This document shows positions 48,331 to 51,022 of a DNA stretch of 51,022 nucleotides, one piece after another. A model generated the notes under the pieces. The model searched no databases. It saw only the letters and a list, made by a program, of their open reading frames with translations, and was not told where the DNA came from. The position numbers and the translations under genes were made by a program. Each line of letters begins with the position of its first letter. Position 1 is the stretch's first letter. This stretch comes from Polyangia bacterium (GTDB lineage: Bacteria; Myxococcota_A; Polyangia; Fen-1088), in the NCBI GenBank assembly GCA_038325725.1, contig JBBQJG010000003.1, forward strand, positions 1 through 51,022. The letters run 5' to 3'.

Positions 48331-48723
48331 TTGGGGGGCTCGCTGCGAACGTGCGTCGGGTGCCGTCGGCGCGATGTGCGCGCGGCGCTCGTGCGGCTCG
48401 CGATCGCCGAAGTGGCGGACGCAGCGTCGGACGCAGCGTCAGAAGCAGCGTCGGAAGCAGCTTCGGACGCAGCGCAGTCTCGCATAGTGGTCTGGGGACC
48501 CAGGGCCAAGCGGCCGCATGGCAGGGGAGCCTCGGTTCATCCGGAGGCGAGCTGTCTGCGCGCGGCCATCGCTTCGAATGCGTTCGCTCGTGCGTTCCGT
48601 GGAAAGTTGGGGAAGTCGGGGAAGTCGGAGAAGTTGGGAACGTTGGGGCGGGCGGGGCAGGTCGACAGCAACAGCACCATGAACGAAGCACAGCTTCTCA
48701 GCCTGATTCTCAAGGGCTCCTGA
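48331..48723 (+). CDS. ylxR: YlxR/DUF448 (RnpM-like) protein with repeat insertions
   Basis: RTCVGCR, LVRL, GRGA.VH....C...A......RAF; canonical position between nusA and infB; start codon uncertain. Confidence 0.75.
   Translation: MGGSLRTCVGCRRRDVRAALVRLAIAEVADAASDAASEAASEAASDAAQSRIVVWGPRAKRPHGRGASVHPEASCLRAAIASNAFARAFRGKLGKSGKSEKLGTLGRAGQVDSNSTMNEAQLLSLILKGS
48415..48474 (+). repeat. 12-bp in-frame tandem repeat x5 (S[D/E]AA)
   Basis: tcggacgcagcg-type units. Confidence 0.85.
48601..48645 (+). repeat. 9-bp in-frame tandem repeat x5 (GK[L/S])
   Basis: gggaagtcg/ggaaagttg-type units. Confidence 0.75.
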
Positions 48724-48736
48724 ATAGGAAGAGGTC

Positions 48737-51022
48737 ATGATCGGAAGCGGATATTCCACGCCCGAAACTGCCGCCGCCGGCCCGCGCGTTCGCATTTATG
48801 AGCTCGCGAAAGAGCTCGCCCTCGGTCACCGCGAAATGGTCGCCAAGGTACGCTCGCTCGGCATCGAGGTCGCCAATCACATGTCGCACCTCGAGGCGAT
48901 GGACGTCGATCGCGTCCGCCGCGCCGTCGATCGCGAACGCAAGGAGAGCACGGTCGAAGAGCGGATCACCGCCGACGGCACCGTCATCCGCCGCCGTTCG
49001 AAGACGGTCGCCGCGCCGCCCCCGCCTCCCGCCGCCAAAGCCGCTCCGGTGGTCGCCAAGCCGGCGCCCGCGCCGCGGGAAGAAGCCCCCGCGCCGCGCC
49101 CGCGCGTCGTCGTCCCGACGATCGAGGTCGAGGAAGCGCCCGCGCCCGTCGTCGCCAAGGCGCCCAGCGCCCCCGTCGTCGTCGAGGCGCCGCGCGAAGC
49201 CCCCGCCATCGTCGAAGCCCCGCGGCCCACGCCGCCACCCAAGCGGGTCGAGGCTGTCATTGTCGAGCGTTCGGTCGAGCGTTCGGTCGAACGTTCGGTC
49301 GAGCGTTCGGTCGAGCGTTCGGTCGAGCCGTTGGCCGTCGCGCCCGCCGTCGTCCAGGCGCCGACCGCACCCGTGGTCCCAGCCGGACCGACGTTGCGCA
49401 CGATTCCGCAACCCGTCGTCACCGGCTCGGCCGCGACCGGCGCGTTCATCCACCTGCCCGGCATCACGAACCGCGGCGCCGGCGATGCGCCGGGCACGCC
49501 GCGCATCGAGATCCGCGACCGCGACGCCGAGCAGCGCGCGCTCGGCCGCACGGGTCTCGTCACCCGTCCGCCCGCGGGCCGCGATCGTTTTGGTCGTCCG
49601 GCGCCCGCCGGCGGCGGCCCCGGCGGCAATCGCTACGGCGGCCCGCCGCGCAAGCGCGTCGCGGCCGCGGGCAAGAAGCTCAAGCAGACGCAGATCACGA
49701 CGCCCGCCGAGCACAAGCGCGTCATCCGCATGGGCGACACGATCGCCGTCTCCGATCTCGCCCAGGGAATGGCGATCAAGGGCAAGGAGATCATCAAGAA
49801 GCTCTGGGCGCTCGGCATGATGGGCGTCAACATCAACCAGGACATCGATCTCGACACGGCGACGCTCATCGCCACCGAGTTCGGGTACCAGGTCGAATCG
49901 ACCGCGTTCAACGAGGACGAGATCCTCACGGGCAGCGAGACGCCGGACGCGCCGGAGGATCTGGTCCCGCGCGCCCCGGTCGTCACGATCATGGGCCACG
50001 TCGACCACGGCAAGACGTCGCTGCTCGACGCCATCCGCAAGGCGAACGTCGCCGCGGGCGAGGCCGGCGGCATCACGCAGCACATCGGTGCCTACAAGGT
50101 CTCGAGCGAGCGCGGCGACGTCGTGTTCCTCGATACGCCGGGCCACGAGGCCTTCACGGCGATGCGCGCGCGCGGCGCCCAGATGACGGACATCGTCGTC
50201 CTCGTCGTCGCGGCCGATGACGGTCCGATGCCGCAGACGATTGAAGCGATCAACCACGCGAAGGAAGCCGGCGTGCCCATCGTCGTGGCCATCAACAAGA
50301 TCGACAAGCCGGGCGCGAACGTCGAGCAGATCCGCAACAAGCTCTCGGAGCACGGCCTCGTCTCGGAAGAATGGGGCGGCGACACGATCTTCGTGAACGT
50401 CTCGGCTAAGACGAAAGAGGGCGTCGACAAGCTGCTCGAGATGCTCGCGCTACAGACGGAAGTCCTCGAGCTGCGCGCCAACCCGAACAAGGGCGGCAAG
50501 GGCCACGTCGTCGAGGCGCGCCTCGACCGCGCGCGCGGGCCGGTCTCGACGGTCCTCGTCGAGGACGGAACGCTCAAGCTCGGCGATCTGCTCGTCGCCG
50601 GCGAATACTCGGGCAAGATCCGCGCGATGATCGGCGACAAGGGGCAGCCCCTCACGACGGCGGGCCCGTCGACGCCCGTCGAGGTCCTCGGCCTCGATGG
50701 CGTTCCGGACGCCGGCGAGCTCTTCAACGTCGTCGACGACGAGAAGGCCGCCAAGTCGCTCGTCGAGCACCGTCACGACGCGCGCCGCAAGAAGGAGCTC
50801 GCGGGCACGAGCAACCGCGTCTCGCTCGAGAACGTCCTCGCCAAGATCAAGTCGGGCGACGTCAAGGAAGTGAAGATCGTCCTCAAGGCCGACGTTCAGG
50901 GGTCGATCGAGGCCATCGCCACGGCGCTCACGAAGCTTTCGACGGAGTCGGTCGGCGTCAACGTGATCTCGACGGGCGTGGGCGGCATCACCGAGTCAGA
51001 CGTCAGCCTCGCGAAGGCGTCC
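48737..51022 (+). CDS. infB: Translation initiation factor IF-2 (3'-truncated by the window; absent from the ORF track)
   Basis: Manual translation from ATG 48737: [72 protein letters not shown]. Confidence 0.97.
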   Translation, partial: MIGSGYSTPETAAAGPRVRIYELAKELALGHREMVAKVRSLGIEVANHMSHLEAMDVDRVRRAVDRERKESTVEERITADGTVIRRRSKTVAAPPPPPAAKAAPVVAKPAPAPREEAPAPRPRVVVPTIEVEEAPAPVVAKAPSAPVVVEAPREAPAIVEAPRPTPPPKRVEAVIVERSVERSVERSVERSVERSVEPLAVAPAVVQAPTAPVVPAGPTLRTIPQPVVTGSAATGAFIHLPGITNRGAGDAPGTPRIEIRDRDAEQRALGRTGLVTRPPAGRDRFGRPAPAGGGPGGNRYGGPPRKRVAAAGKKLKQTQITTPAEHKRVIRMGDTIAVSDLAQGMAIKGKEIIKKLWALGMMGVNINQDIDLDTATLIATEFGYQVESTAFNEDEILTGSETPDAPEDLVPRAPVVTIMGHVDHGKTSLLDAIRKANVAAGEAGGITQHIGAYKVSSERGDVVFLDTPGHEAFTAMRARGAQMTDIVVLVVAADDGPMPQTIEAINHAKEAGVPIVVAINKIDKPGANVEQIRNKLSEHGLVSEEWGGDTIFVNVSAKTKEGVDKLLEMLALQTEVLELRANPNKGGKGHVVEARLDRARGPVSTVLVEDGTLKLGDLLVAGEYSGKIRAMIGDKGQPLTTAGPSTPVEVLGLDGVPDAGELFNVVDDEKAAKSLVEHRHDARRKKELAGTSNRVSLENVLAKIKSGDVKEVKIVLKADVQGSIEAIATALTKLSTESVGVNVISTGVGGITESDVSLAKAS
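49262..49328 (+). repeat. 12-bp in-frame tandem repeat x5.5 (VERS) in the IF-2 linker
   Basis: gtcgagcgttcg units with one substitution. Confidence 0.95.

Overview
High-GC (roughly 70% by eye), gene-dense chromosomal segment. Gene content (giant AgmK/GltI-like TPR protein, myxobacterial tandem PilZ, DUF507, Gly/Thr-rich Cys-rich lipoproteins) points to Myxococcota, probably Polyangia-like (inference). Most of it is core genome: a heterodimeric ABC exporter, a radical SAM gene, era-der, yfgM/bamB-like genes, queA-tgt, tRNA-Met(CAT), efp-epmA, yajC-secD-secF-recJ, TerC, sthA, a Nit1-like amidase and rimP-nusA-ylxR-infB (infB runs off the end and is missing from the ORF track). Three structures stand out. 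(1) The 3' end of epmA occurs three times (35345-35413, 35714-35777, 36645-36704). The copies delimit two small cargo segments, one encoding a Cys-rich pacifastin/VWC-like exported protein, which suggests serial integrase-less cassette capture at a housekeeping gene tail. (2) The stop/start junction between the two ABC genes is triplicated (62/62/60 bp), and the unit lengths keep translational coupling intact through a 41-aa mini-ORF. (3) A GC palindromic element is translated in both the N- and C-terminus of the second ABC gene. Many genes also look leaderless, and several carry in-frame 9-12 bp tandem expansions. No CRISPR array, integrase, transposase or rRNA was seen. All assignments are by eye, with no database searches.
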